Assembly: GCA_038087875.1 (NCBI GenBank)
Contig: JAXLNO010002960.1
Location: 186,001 to 233,265 of the forward strand
Reading direction: 5' to 3'
DNA from: Malacoraja senta
Lineage: Eukaryota
DNA length: 47,265 nucleotides
The translations under genes were made by a program, and so were the position numbers. The notes beneath the pieces are model-generated. The model had not been told where the DNA came from and did not search any database. It saw nothing but the letters and a program-made list of their open reading frames with translations. Positions 20,247-33,700 of the stretch are shown piece after piece. How positions within the stretch are numbered: the first letter of the stretch is position 1; each line of letters begins with the position of its first letter.

Positions 20247-23200
20247 TTATGTTGTATGAAAGTGTTCAATAAATTTTCCCCAAGTCTTATCAAATTTAAC
20301 CAAGGGTTCAACAATGTCACTTCTGATTTTTTCTAAATTTAAACATGATATCGTTTCAGAGTACCACTGGAGTGTGGTCGGAGGGTTGGAATCTTTCCAT
20401 TTAATGAAAATAAATCTTCTGGCAATTAATGTGGTAAAAGCAATCAACCGATGGGCGGAGAGGGACAAATGAATAGAATCTAACATTGGTAACCCCAAAA
20501 TTGCAGTAATAGGATGAGGTTGTAAATCTATACATAAGACTACCGAAATAGTATGAAAAATGTCTTTCCAATATTTTTCCAAAAGAGGGCAGGACCAAAA
20601 CATATGGGTCAGTGATGCCACTTCAGAGATACATCTGTCACAGGTAGGATTTATATGACCATAGAAATGAGCTAACTTATCTTTTGACATATGAGCTCTG
20701 TGAACCACCTTGAATTGTATCAAAGTGTGTCTTGCACACATTGAAGAGGTATTAACTAATTGAAGGATCCTCTCCCATTTCTCTATAGATAAAGACATTT
20801 GGAGTTCTCTTTCCCAGTCATTATTAATTTTATCAAATGTATCTATTTGTAATTTTAAAATCAACATGAATAGTCGTTATTAATCCTTTCTGATAAGGGT
20901 TCAACTGTAAAAAAAAATCCAAAATTTCGGGTTGATGTGGTAGCGGAAAAAGAGGTAGTTCCTTTTGTCTAATTTGTAAATATCTAAAAAAGTGTGAATT
21001 AGGTAAATTATATTTATTGGAGAGTTGTTCGAAAGACATAAAACAACACTCCAAAAACAAATCACGAAAAGCTACTAATCCCTTCCTCTTCCATAACAAA
21101 AAAACTTGATCAGTACTAGATGGTTGGGAGAGAAATTTGGATAAAATCAGATAGTCCAAAAAACTTATGAAATTGAAACCGTATTCGGAACGTATGTCTT
21201 ATTATTGGGTTCGTCATATATTTATTCAATCTCGTAATTGTAAAAGGTAACGAGGTCCCTAGAATAGAAGCCAATTATAGCATTGGGTATCTTCTAAATC
21301 TTTTGTCCAAAATGTTAAATAACGAACATTGATTGCCCAATAGTAGAGTCTAAGGTTCGGCAATGCCAAACCACCAACTTTTTTTGATTTCTGTTGGTAT
21401 TTTTTACCTAGTCTGGCATTTTTATTCTGCCATATATATGAAGAAATTTTAGAGTCTATAATATCAAAGAAAGATTTGGCAATAAAAATTGGTATCGTCT
21501 GAAATAAATACAGAAATTTAGGTAAAATGAACATTTTAATAGCATTGATTTGGCCAATTAAGGATAAGGACATTGGTGACCATTTAGTGAACTGATGTTT
21601 AATATGGTCAATTAAAGGAATAAAATTAGCTTTAAATAAATCCTTGTGTTTCTTGGTGATCTTAATACCTAAATAAGTAAAACTTTCAGTAGTCAATCTA
21701 AATGGAAACGGTCCATAACTCAAAACAAAATTATATATTGGGAAAGCTCACTCTTACTAAGATTTAGTTTATAACCAGAAAAACTACTGAATTGATTAAG
21801 TAATGCTACTATTGCCGGAATAGATTTCTCAGGGTTAGAAATAAATAATAACAGATCATCTGTATAAAGAGATAGCTTATGTGTCTTATTCCCGCGGACA
21901 ATACCAAAAATATTAGGGGATTCCCTAATAGCAGTGGCTAAAGTTTCCAAAGCAATATCAAATAGTAAAGGACTTAAGGAACAGCCCTGTCTAGTACCTC
22001 GAAAGAGCCTGAAAAAAGGGGATCTCTGATTATTAGTAAATACAGAAGCCTGAGGTTTAAGATATATCAGTTTGATCCAAGAGATAAATTTTGGACCAAT
22101 CTTAACTTTTTCAAGTATATTGAATAAGTATTCCATTCTACTCTATCAATAGCCTTCTCGGCATCAAGTGAGATGACACATTCTGGGGTTTTATTAGACG
22201 CTGTATATACAATATTTATTAGTCTCCTAACATTAAAGAATGAGTAACGATTTTTAATAAAACCTGTCTGATCTTCGGAGATAATTTGCGGTAAAATCTT
22301 TTCCAATCTCATAGGTAATATTTAGGAACTAATTTTCAAATCTACATTTCACATTGATATAGGTCTATATGATGTCACTTCAGTAGGGTCTTTATCTTTT
22401 TTTAAATTAAAGAAATAGAAGCTTCATAAAAAGATTGTGGTAATCTATTCCTTAAAAAGGCATCTTTAAATACCTTGCATAGCCATGGAGACAATACATT
22501 TGAGAAATACTTTAAAAATTCTACTGTAAACCCATCTAAACTGGGAGCTTTACCAGAATTCATTGAAAAAATTGCTTTCTGTATTTCTTCTTCCGTGATG
22601 GGTTCATCTAACAACAGAGACTCATTGTATGGTAAATTTGGTAAGTTCAGTTTCTTTAAAAACTCATGCATTATATTGGAATCAGTAGGAAAATCTGATT
22701 GGTATAGGGAGGTATAAAATTCCTGAAAGGATTTATTAATTTCGTCATGGTCTACAGTTACTGTACCATCCCGTTTACTCACTTTAGTAATCTGACTCTT
22801 GGCCGACACTGCCTCAATTGATTAGCAAGTAATTTACCAGATTTATCGCCATTTATATAAAATGGACTTTTGGTTTTAAGTAACTGGTTCTCAATCGGTG
22901 ATACTAATAACAAATCATATCTCAATTGAAGTTCAACTCTATTCTTATAGAGCTCTAAACTAGGAGTTTTGAATATTTTTTATCAATTTCTTTAATCTCG
23001 TCAGCCAATGTGCGTATTTCTTTTTGTGTTTGTTTTTTTAATCCCGCGGAGTATGAAATAATTTGTCCACGAATATATGCCTTAAAAGCATCCCAAACTA
23101 TACCATTGGATATCTCTTCATTAGAGTTTGTCAAGAAGTAAAAAGCAATCTGATCTTTCATAAACTTAATAAAGTTTAAGTCTTGAAGCAAAGTAGCATT

Positions 23201-23520
23201 AAATCGCCATTGTTTAGCACTAAACTTGGAATCAGGTAGTTTGATCAATAGTTTCACTGGTGCATGATCAGAAATAGCAATTGTATCATACTCACATGCA
23301 ATGACGAATGGAACTAGCCGAGAATCTAGTATAAAATAGTCGATCCTAGAATAACTATGATATACATGAGAGAAAAATGAAAATTCTTTGTCGTTTGCGT
23401 GTAAGAATCTCCAAATTTCTAACATTCCCGAGTCAAGTAAAAAAGAATTAATAAAATTAGCTGATTTATTTGGAAGCACATGATCAGATGTAGATCTATC
23501 AATCGAGGGATTCAAAAAGC
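20247..23520 (-). pseudogene. L1 ORF2 remainder (endonuclease C-terminus, RT, C-terminal Cys region)
   Basis: YSRIDYF, SDHAPV, GKAPSLDGF, QTGFIKNR, SLDAEKA, GTRQGCSLSPLLF, LYTDDLLL, CDRC...HMFWSC; several frameshifts. Confidence 0.9.
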
Positions 23521-23752
23521 AATAGTAAGATTAAACGAGAACTTATCTAAGTTTGAAGTTTGATCTTTATTTTATGAGGAGTTACGTAGGTGATTACGTG
23601 AAGAACCCCGCCAGTGCGCCTGCGCGTCAATCTTCAAAGCAGCGGTGTGAAATCACAAAAAACAACAACCGAAGTAATATAGTCTCATAATAAAACGAGT
23701 AATACAAGAACTTCCATCTGACCTTTATGATAGAGGGTAGGGTCGTGGTGGG

Positions 23753-23866
23753 CACGTAATCACCTACGTAACTCCTCATAAAATAAAGATCAAACTTCAA
23801 ACTTAGGTAAGTTCTCGTTTAATCTTACTATTTTACTTCGGAGTCACGTGAGTGACTACGTGAAGA
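23753..23866. repeat. DIRS internal complementary region (ICR)
   Basis: 23753-23830 is the reverse complement of 23523-23600 (1 mismatch); 23831-23866 is the reverse complement of 28319-28354 (1 mismatch). Confidence 0.92.
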
Positions 23867-24034
23867 TTTTAAAGCTTTGTGATTTCATGCCGTGGATCAA
23901 TCCCGGCTTCTCACTGCATAGATTGACTCGGAACGAGAATAATCAATCATGCATTCATAATAACATTTGTACCACAAATGCAGTAATTCATTTCAATAAT
24001 GAAATGAATCAGATCCCCTTTAAACCAGAGGAAT

Positions 24035-24897
24035 TTACACAGAACTTAAAATAGTTTCTGCAAACAACCCCGCATTAACAATAGGCCGATGGTAAAAATG
24101 TTGAAACATCAACTCATTGGACCACCCGGCGGCTGCGAGGATATGGTCGACGGGGCCGTCTTTTGCCCCGGCCGCCGACGTTTCTGCTGCCGTAGTCGAG
24201 TGAGACGTAAAAACATAAGTGTTAATACCAGCAGCTGTTAAGACTTCTTTTATCCATCTGGAAATAGTCTGTATTGAAACTCTCTTGTGTGGTTTCTTGT
24301 GTGTGATCAACAACCCAGTTTCCGTATTCTCAAATTCTTTGTGACCTCAATGTATTGTAATAAATATGTCTTAATACAGAGACATGGATCATTTGGATAT
24401 GCTCCTAGCATAATTTTAAATCCTGTCACACCTGGCCTAATTTACTTTAATAGGTCATAGATATAGAATGTAACCTTGTCTTCAGTTACTTCCATACTGT
24501 CTATTTGTAATTTTCCAAGTGTTTGCACTCGTTGTGCTGTCACTCATGCCATAAGCATGAATACTTTCATACTGAGCTTGACCAAAGGTAAAGACACACT
24601 TGATGACCATTCACGAAGTAGTTTCAGTACCACACTTACATCCCAGATTGTCACGTACCTAGGTTTCGGTGGTTTGGAATTAAAGATTCCTTTCATTAGT
24701 CTGGAAACAATTGGGTGTGACCCAATTGAGTTTCTTTCTGAATCCAGAACCAAATATGAGGACAATGCACTTCTGGCTGAATTAATTGCATTACAACTCA
24801 GACCTTCATCATAATAAAGTTTTGACAGAAATTCTAAACATTTGAAATATCTGCAGTGCTTTATTGCACATTCTTTTGTACCCAGAACTCTTCCCAT
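24035..24897 (-). pseudogene. DIRS tyrosine recombinase (broken)
   Basis: INSARSALS, HPIVSRLMKG, WDVSVVL, SIQTISRWIK, SHSTTAA (HxxR Arg lost), GWS...FQHFY. Confidence 0.85.
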
Positions 24898-25048
24898 TTC
24901 TTAATATAAGAAAGGTACTGTTTTTGAGTGCTCTTCCTCCCGGCTGCCGTAAGCATGTCCACAGTATGCTCAGACAGTCCTCGTCCCAGAAAAGGCATTC
25001 TTAAAACCTGCAAATCAACAAATCCAAACGATGGTATAATGGATGTTG

Positions 25049-25696
25049 TTACCCTGTTACAGAGTACAACAATAAATTACTCCTTTTTGGGACTTTCATC
25101 AACATTTGTGTTGTTAATTCTAATATCAACAGATACCATGGCTGTATAGGCCAATCTGGTACTACCAATACCCTTGAAGCAGCATCTTGCCTGATTTTAA
25201 GCAAACATTGGCTTATGAGGCAGAAAGGTGGAAATATATATGAAAACATACCACCCCAATGTAGCGAGAAAGCATCAATCGCCACTGCTCCTGGATCTGG
25301 TTTCCATGAGACATATCTCGATAGCTGATGATTCAAGTCGATGTCGGTCATTCCAAATCTGGTTACTATATCATTGAATACCTCTTGATTCAACAACCAT
25401 TCTTTATTATCATGGAACTTTCATGACCTGGTGTCTGCTATCGTATTCATTCTACCTGTTAGATGGAGAGCTGAAATCCAAATATTCTTTTCAATACACC
25501 AAGACCAAATTTGATTAGCCATTTTGTCACATGACACCGACTTGATTCCACCCATATGATTAATATAGGCAACTACTGTTGTGTTATCAATTTGAACTTG
25601 AACATGCTTATTAATTGTGTTAGAACAGTAAGCTTGGAGCCCATAGAAACATCCTAGAAGCTCCAAATAGTTAATTCCCCATGTCTGCAGTAACAA
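25049..25696 (-). pseudogene. DIRS RNase H and adenine-methyltransferase-like domains
   Basis: INYLELLG, DNTTVVAYINHMGG, HLTGRMNTIAD; DAFSLHW...YIFPPF...VPDWPIQPWY. Confidence 0.85.
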
Positions 25697-25886
25697 TGAC
25701 TCTTCCTGATTCCATCTGCCTTCTCAGCTAGATGTTAAGTCAGTTGCACCCCATCCTAGTGCACTGGCATCAGTTTGAAATATCATGGAAGGTTGTTCAA
25801 TCAGCACTTTACTGGAACTGCTTGAGACATGTAGAATCCACCACTGCAGATCAGAAACTGCATTTGTTGTTAGTTGCATGGTTCTA

Positions 25887-26770
25887 TCAAAAATGACCAA
25901 CATGCTTTCTCAGTGCCTGTTCTTTAATTCTCTGCAGCTGTTGATAATGTAATGGTCCAAATTGAACTGCTGGGAATGCTGCTACTAATTTTCCCAGTAC
26001 ACGAGCCACCTGTCTAATTGAAGGTTTTTGCTCGTTTAGTAGATTACTGCAATCTTTAATCAAATCCACCTTTTTCCCTGGGCAAAGTAATATTCATTTG
26101 GACTGAATCAATTGTAAACCCCAAATAATTAATAGAGGTACATGGTGTTAACCTAGATTTCTTTGGATGAATTAGAAACCCAAATTTTTAAAAGTTGATT
26201 TCACAACTGCAACAGATGCTTCTGTTGACTGTTTTGTCTTTCCTATAATCAAGACATCATCCAAATATGCCATGAGTACATGCCCCTGGCTTCTCAGCAA
26301 ACCCAGAATTGGTTTTAACAATTTTGTGAATATTCTGGGTGCAGATGTTAACCCATTAGGCAGAGCTTTGAACTGCCACAACTGGTTCATCCATTTAAAT
26401 TTAAGATACTTCCTATCTTCTGAATGAACAGACACTGAATAATATGCATCTTTCAAGTCTATAGTTGCCATATAACATGCTTCTGAAATAAGCTGTTTGG
26501 CAGTCACAAATGTTTCCATTTTAAAATGTCTAAATTGCACAAAAGGATTCAGATTTGTCAAATCTAGAATAATCCTACATCCTCCATCCTTTTTTGATCG
26601 AGGGAATATATTTCACACAAATTGGTGACTTTGGTAGACTGATTTTTTCAATAACCCCTCTTTTTTATATAGGGTTTCAAGTGCAACCTGAACCTCCATC
26701 ACTTCTTTTTGTACAAAGTGCAGAGTTCGGCTAGGAACATGCTGAACAGGCAAATCATAATTTGGATTGA
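25887..26770 (-). pseudogene. DIRS reverse transcriptase (broken)
   Basis: FKMET, IDLKDAYY, ALPNGLTSAPRIFTK, AYLDDVLI. Confidence 0.9.
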
Positions 26771-26772
26771 AT

Positions 26773-27870
26773 TCAATTCAAAATCCTTGTATATGATTCA
26801 GGATTACCACATTCTGAAGTAATTTTCTTCCAATTATTATAAAAGAAATGTAACCTGCCTCCAACTTTTGGACTTAATCCAGTTAGTATGTTCCCATGAG
26901 AACCAGGTTCACCTACCTCTTGAGTCATTTGAGTACCCTGAGATTCCTGGGTTCTCCCGGAAGCACGCCCACTGGTTCTTGCTCCCGCTGCAGGCCGCCA
27001 ACTACGTCCCTGCGTTGATGAGCGACTTGGTCCAGGATCCGTATGACGTCTGAAAGGATACTTCCTCTTTACAGACTTCACAACCATTGATGTCTTCATC
27101 AATCCTGTTTTCGCTTCATCTTCCAACTCTTTAATATGTCTCCCGAGATCCTCTCCAAAGAGTAAGTTGGGTAATTGTATATTACTTGGTTTGCAGAGTG
27201 CTGCGAATTTTGGATTCATAGTAGGCCGTATCACACTTTTCCTCAGACAATTGTCTCGAAGTGGGTGCTGCATAGCAACCCCAGTGTTTCCTGATGCAAC
27301 TCCGTCATCTCTTGGCTTTTTTCTGCTATTCTTGCAAAAGCAGTTATTCCAGAACCCAACAGCTTTAATATTCTCTGCAACTGATTCCAGATAATTTGAT
27401 TCACTGCTGCCCACAGTTACTTCTTGCAGTCTCATCCATTTCCTGCTGTTCCAGCTAATGGTATACCAAGTAATTTATTAAGGAGGCCAGTTCTTCTTCT
27501 AATGGCTCTCCTGACCCTGACGGGGCAGCGAATCCTACTGCCAGGAGTGGAACATCTGGCAGCTGCCGTTCATCGCCTTGTACAGCCTCACCGTCAGAGT
27601 CGGGGTCTGAAATCTCATGACCCGTAGCACGCTCCTCTTCCTGAGGGTGCATTCCATCAGCCCTGAGCCAGGTGCTGTTAAGCTGCTCCTGCAGCTTGGA
27701 TTACAGTGCACTCCTTCCTGAGTGAACTTTGCTCCAACAGCCTATGTAAAAGACTTTCTATTTGGGCAACATGCTCGAAAGCAGTATCTAGCCCTGTACC
27801 AGGAGCTGTTTGAGCTGTTTCCAGCAGCTTGCTTTCAGTACACTCCTCCCCGAGTGAACTTTGCTCCAAC
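26773..27870 (-). pseudogene. DIRS ORF1 (gag-like) remnant
   Basis: Located upstream of RT; NPKFAALC...LLFGEDLGRHIKEL; stops and frameshifts; ~132-bp internal duplication at 27720/27852. Confidence 0.55.
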
Positions 27871-28354
27871 AGCCTATGTAAAAGGCTTTCTATTTGGGCA
27901 ATATCTAGCCCTTGTGCTACTTACATTGCCTGGGACTCCCTCCGTGGGCCGTTGGGATTTAAACTTTGTCTTTTGCCCGACAGGCGCTGACTGTGTTTTC
28001 ACCAGCCCCAGGTCCACAGTCGCTATGCTCACCGCTGGCGACTGTACCGGGGTTTAGAGGCGGTTGGTCTCTAACCGCGGACTCCCGACTTTCCCGACTT
28101 CTGTCGGCTGTGTCGCTCGCCTCTTCCCCCTGTCCGTTTTTTCCATTGCGTCTGTGGAAAAAATCCCCATAGACCCACAGTAAACGGACCTGGAAAACCT
28201 GAAAAAAGTTTTTACTTACCTTGTAGTTGAAAAACTACAAATCCACTCGAGGAGCTCTGCTCACGTCCGTTTGCGTCAAGGCGTCTGACGTAATGACGCG
28301 CAGGCACACTGGCGGGGTTCTTCACGTAGTCACTCACGTGACTCCAAAGTAAAA

Positions 28355-28801
28355 TTGAAGTTTCCACCCATTATTAAAAAGTGTTCATTTAAATTGTGAA
28401 AGGATGCAATTAACTGTTTAAAAAACTCAGGGTGATCAATATTTGGTGCATAGACATTCACCATATGACTTTTTGCCTATAAAGGACACTGGTAATCACC
28501 AAGAATCTGCCATATGGATCAGAAATTGTTTCATGGTGAACAAACGGAATTGAGGAGTCAATAAAAATAGAGACTCCTTTCACCTTGCCTGTGAATTTGA
28601 ATGAAACTGCTGTCCTCTCCAAAACTTGAAAAATCGTGACTTGTCATCTTGCCTTACATGAGTTTCCTGAACAAAGATAATCTGAGCATTTAGTCTGTGA
28701 AGAACTTTTAAAAAAAATGTCCTCTTAATGGGATGGTTCAAGCCATTCACATTCCATAAAAGGAAATTAGTAACTTTATCCATATTGCTTGTAAAAATCA
28801 T
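28355..28801 (-). pseudogene. L1 ORF2 5' part (APE endonuclease N-terminus)
   Basis: LLWNVNGLNHPIKR...FVQETH...; ends at GGNFN at the DIRS boundary. Confidence 0.88.
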
Positions 28802-29360
28802 GTGGGATGTAATGGGTTAATTTCTTGAAGCCTAAAAGTTCATAATACTGGAAGAAGAAAAATCTAGGGCGGAGCCAGGTGACGACATTTCAGCCAATTT
28901 TGTAGTTCAGAATTTGCACAAATGGAGATCACTAAATATGGAACAAAAGACCCCTCCCCCTTCCCCCCTCCCACCCCTGTAGAACCCCAAACTGACCAAA
29001 AGACAGTCAGCAAACTACCTAATCCCCTCCCCAATCCCATCTCTCCCAGTAACAGCGCTCAGCATAAAATGAATAATATTTAACCACTACGTCATAACAC
29101 ATTCGTTATTATCTCTTTGAGAGAGAAGAAAAAATAATACAGACTGGCATGGAATGCTGCTTATTATTATCCAAGGTCAAGATATGAAAAACAAGAACTG
29201 CGTTCTCTTAGTTTGTCTAACGACAGGGGAACACGAATTAACAAAGAAATTCTTAAAAGAATATATATAAAAGAAAAACAACTCGTCCAGTTAAATTCTT
29301 AATCATTACCAAACGAAATGTTGTCAAAATAGGAACAGTAAATCTCCAATTATAACTTAA

Positions 29361-30260
29361 TCAGCTATCAATTACTTCCCTTCCTCGTCGTAGCTCTTCA
29401 GACGCAGCTGGAGGTGTCTTGAGGACTGTTATAAAATCGAAAGTTACCATTGAAAAGCCGAATACGCAATCTAGCTGGTGATAATAAAGCTCGGCGCAGT
29501 TTTTCTTATACAAATCAGACATTACATTATAAAAAGTCTTTCTTATTTCCAAAAGCTCGTAACTATAATCAAGGACAAACCGAAACTTGCATCCTTCATA
29601 TTCAACCACACCAAACTTTTTTGCTGCCTGGAGAATATTCTCCTTCATTTGAAAAAAATGAAACCGAATAATGAAGTGTCTCAATCCTGTGTGCCTTATC
29701 CGGGAACGGAAGGTTTTCATTGTGCTCAATGTTGAATGTTTCCTTTATCATTTTAGAAGCATATATTATAACGTTATTTCCTTCTTGGCCTTCCGGCAAA
29801 CCAACAATTCGTACATTCAAACGACGTCTTCTGTTTTCTAAGTCTTGTATTGCTGAATTGTTTTCATTCATTCTCCGTTCCAATTTTTCAATCTTCAAAT
29901 CTCTCTCCTGTCCCAGGGTGCGCAAGATATCAATTTGATCCTTTTGTTCACGTTCATCTTGTAACAAAGACAGTTTTCCTTGGACTTCTTGGACAATTTG
30001 GTCGAAACTCCTTTCACCATTTCTTCCAAACTGCCAAATCTTGTTTTCATTTCATTTTTCAGCTCATTTTTCAATTCATCGTTCATTTTCGATATTGCTT
30101 CAATGATGCTGGAAACAGAAGCTGCAGCTGTGGTTGTGGCTTTCCCCAGTTCCTTCTTTGGGGATCCTCCTTTCCTTCTTGTCTCCATCCTTTTCACGAT
30201 TAAGGCGTGTAAAAGTGTTATCAACACTTTATGAACAGTTAGACGGTGTCTTGAAGTCAA
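29361..30260 (-). pseudogene. L1 ORF1 (coiled coil plus RRM/CTD), frameshifted
   Basis: IQDLENRRRRLNVRIVGLPEG, FIIRFHFFQMKENILQAAK, FRFVLDYS. Confidence 0.88.
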
Positions 30261-30889
30261 ATAGTCACCAGTAACATTGAAAGAGTGGTCAGTGGAAGTT
30301 AAAAGTTAAGGGAGCAAACGAGTTTGCAACCTTACAGCATGCTGCCTTACACAAGGAGAGTCTAGTTATTGACATGTTATTGATGTTCATGATTATTCTG
30401 TTCTTTGTGCCTGGCCATTTTGACTTTGTCACATGTTACTTGGTTTATGATATTGTACAAGATTTGCAATCACACCTCCCAATTGACTAAAATTATCCCA
30501 ATTAACTAAATGCCTACTATGGCATTTAACTTATTGCATTATATTCAGTGCAGGGTAGAAGCTGCAGTTTTTTAAAAAGGGCAAGTTTTTATTACACACT
30601 ATGTGGTGTGTGCCTGGAAAGCACTGCCAGGGATGGTGGCGTCTGGGGTGCACCTTCGTGGGTGCATGGAGATGCAGGGGTTTGAGGGACATGAATCATT
30701 TGCAGGCAGATGCTGCCTAACTGGTGTCTGTCCGACTGATCTGGAGGGATCTGATGGTCAGGCAGGGAATATTTCCAGTGACCAAATGGTGCTGAGTTCG
30801 CTGAATTTTACGGTGAATGGGAATGCCCCTGTAATAGAGGAACAGGTCCTTTGTCCAACAACGTTTGTGCTGAACATGACGCAACCTGA

Positions 30890-31110
30890 GGCAGAGTGGC
30901 GCTGCTGATAGAGCTGCTGCCTCAGTGCGTCATACACATCAGTTCAATCCTAACCTCGGTTGTCGGCTGTGTGAAGTTTGCATGTATTCCCTATGACCGC
31001 ATGGGTTTCCACTGTCCTCCAGTTTTCACACACATACTAAAGATGCCAGGTTTTATGGGTTAATTGGTCTCTGTAATTTGACCCTAGTGTGGAAGCGAAA
31101 GTTACATAAC
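30890..31110 (+). mobile_element. HE1/V-SINE-type SINE (diverged)
   Basis: ggcagagtggcgctgctgatagagctgctgcctcag...gttcaatcc...tgggttaattgg. Confidence 0.65.
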
Positions 31111-31154
31111 ATAGAACTTGTGTGAACGAAACTATTTGAACGAGTATTGAGTTT

Positions 31155-31400
31155 TTTGTTTAGTTTAGAGAGAGAGCATTGAAACAAACACTTCGGCCCC
31201 ACTGAGTCCGCACCAACCAACGATCACCCACATAAGCTAGGGACACAAGTCAATTAACCTACAAACCTGCACATCTGTCTTTGGAATGTGGGAGGAAGCT
31301 GGAGCACCTGGAGAAAACCTATGCAGTCACAGGGAGAAGGTACAAATTCCGTACAGACATCACCCGTGGTCAGGATCAAACCCAGGTGTCTGGCGCTGTG
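31155..31400 (-). mobile_element. HE1/V-SINE-type SINE
   Basis: tttgtttagtttagagagag...gtcaggatcaaacccaggtgtctggcgctgtg. Confidence 0.7.
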
Positions 31401-31949
31401 CCTTTATATCTGGAAGGAAGATGTTATGTGGGATGAATCAACAGTTAAAGCGAATAAACTAGTTGCATCTTTCTGAGTTCTGTTCTCTGCTATGCCATTT
31501 CTTTGTTGTCTAATATTTAATTTCCCTCCTCAGATTATCAAAATATTCAACCAAAGCAGAACATGCACTGCTAACCAATCGCTGAGTAGAAGATTTCATG
31601 GATGTGATTAAAATGCAGGAACTGGAATAAATGGAAAGATTTAAATTAAGTTTATCAAACATGACAGAAATTCTCAATAGACTGCCCTGTATTTGTACAA
31701 ATTAGAGCTATCTAGCAATTTATGTTGATAACAGCTGATATGACTGAGGCCACAACTCGTTTACTGTGCTTATTCCACATAAGACACAATTCCCTGGTCT
31801 TTTAGAATGTATCCACGCATTATCCATCAATTCACCACCACATCATGCCTCTTTAATACATTCATAAGGTTAACTCTGTTTCTTGTCATCTCCAAGGGAC
31901 ACAGAACCAGTGATTTCAGCCATTCATGGTTAGGCAACACTTGCTTATT

Positions 31950-32550
31950 CCAGAAATCTCTTCTAGCTGATATCAAATATTAATATATCCTTTCGTAAAT
32001 TTGAGGACCAAGCTGTGCACAGTGCTCCTGATTTGTCCTTAGCAACATCATGTACCATAATTACAATAGTAACCTACCTTTGAATGCTACTCACCTTCTG
32101 AGTTGTGTGCTGCATCTACCTGCTGGCTTTTTGTTTTGCACTTTAAGCACTTGAATCTCTTGTACTCCACTCATTTGCAATCTCACTCCATTTAGATAAT
32201 AGCTTCCTTTGAATTGCTCTTACCAGAGTGTGTGAGCACATATTTTCCATTATTAAACTCCATTTGCCATGTTTATGTTCATCTAACAAAGAGTCATGGA
32301 GCCATATAGCATGGAAGTAGGTACTTCAGCCTAATGCTCCAAGCTGAACAAGATGCTACATTTAGGTTAGTCACATTTGCCAGCGTTTGGCCCACTTTCC
32401 TCTCAACATGTTCTATCCATGTACCTGTCCAAGTGTCTTTTCAATGTTGTTATTCTGCCTTCGCTGGCAGCTCATTCCATACACCCAGTAACCTCTTAGT
32501 AGAAAAGGTTGCCTCTCAGGTTCCTACTAAATCTTCCTCCTCACCTTAAA
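31950..32550 (-). mobile_element. Old CR1 3' fragment
   Basis: accaagctgtgcacagtgctcc and catagcatggaagtaggtacttcagccta...ctcaccttaaacc. Confidence 0.5.
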
Positions 32551-32552
32551 CC

Positions 32553-33154
32553 CAGGGGTGCAGTGCTGCCGGAGCTCACCTGAGCACCGATCCGGCACCT
32601 CTGTTAAAGAAAAAATAAACAGCGTGGAATTTTAACTAGCGGATGTGTGGTCGGGGTAACCTGATTAAAAGAGGGGTAAGGGAAAGATCCATCACAACTG
32701 AGGTTCCCTGTAGGAGGAGGGGAACACTATGATACAGCAGAGACAGACCATGTGATGTGTGCATCGTTTGTGGTTGTGGGCCTGGAGCTGAGCCTGGAAC
32801 TTTGGTGGGTGGGTGAGTGGGTGGGTGTGTGTGTAGGTGAATGGGTGTGAGGGTGAGAGTGTGTGTGTGTGTGTGAAGGCCCAGAGCTGCAGGATAGTCA
32901 GGGCGAGTCGGTGTCTTGCCGGCACCTCTGTAAAAATACATGATAACTGTCTTTTTCTTTACTTGCTTCATAATTATATTTCATGATAATCAGTGAGTGC
33001 AACCGTGCAATATTTTGTCATAATTAAATTAAGTATTATATGTTTTAATGTACTAGCTATACACTGGGATGTAGTAATAGGCTATAATCTTGTTTGACCC
33101 TCTAGGGAGACTAGCTTGCCCCCCCCCCCCCCAGCAAAATCTGAAATGCCCCTG
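32553..33154. mobile_element. Possible hAT-like MITE
   Basis: Ends caggggtg / gcccctg; no TSD found. Confidence 0.3.
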
Positions 33155-33369
33155 TTTGACAGCTCCGACACCTAAAAAATGAGCATTGAACACTGCTTAA
33201 ACCTGTTTTTGCTGGTTCTTGATTACCCTACCCTGGGTAAAATAAATCCTGATCAATCGCCCTCATGATTTTAGAAAGCTCTCTAAGCACCAATTAAATG
33301 GTTTCAATTATAGATAGAGTAAGACTTTGTGGTTATTTCCAACAAGAATTTTAGACTAAAGAAAGGCCA

Positions 33370-33700
33370 GTGGAAGTACTTGGTCAAACAGCATCTGTGG
33401 AGGCAAATGACATATACCAACATTTCAAGTCAAGGCACTGCATTAGAATTGAAGGAGAGGATGGGAAGATTCTAACAGTTTGAAGGAGGAATGGGGCAGA
33501 GGCTGGTAAGTGGCAGGTGGAATCAGCTGGGGAGGGGATGATGGGCAGATGGAGCAATGTTGGTGTATGGGTGGTTGTGGGAGAACAAATGAACACCAGT
33601 GGTATGGATAAGCTGAAATGTGAAAACTTTATATTCATACCATCGGCTTGTAAGTTACCCAGGTGGATTATCATATATTTTACTTAAAACCTTCTGTGCC
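33370..33700 (-). mobile_element. Penelope-like element 3' remnant (GIY-YIG C-terminal peptide)
   Basis: ORF 33384-33674 begins IIHLGNLQADGMNIKFS (cf. PLE C-terminal HLIFRLGxLQPxGMNIxFS), followed by a pyrimidine-rich UTR and cacagatgctg motif. Confidence 0.65.

Larger units (their letters stand above)
23521..28354 (-). mobile_element. DIRS1-type tyrosine-recombinase retrotransposon with complete termini
   Basis: 35-bp ITRs (23595-23629 / 28294-28328); ICR 23753-23866 complementary to both ends; gag-like, RT, RNaseH, methyltransferase-like and YR ORF remnants. Confidence 0.93.
19760..30360 (-). mobile_element. Near-full-length L1-clade LINE (degenerate; interrupted by DIRS)
   Basis: ORF1, inter-ORF spacer, APE endonuclease, RT, zinc-finger-like C-terminus, and a U-rich 3' UTR ending near caataaaaagattttaaaag. 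Confidence 0.9.
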
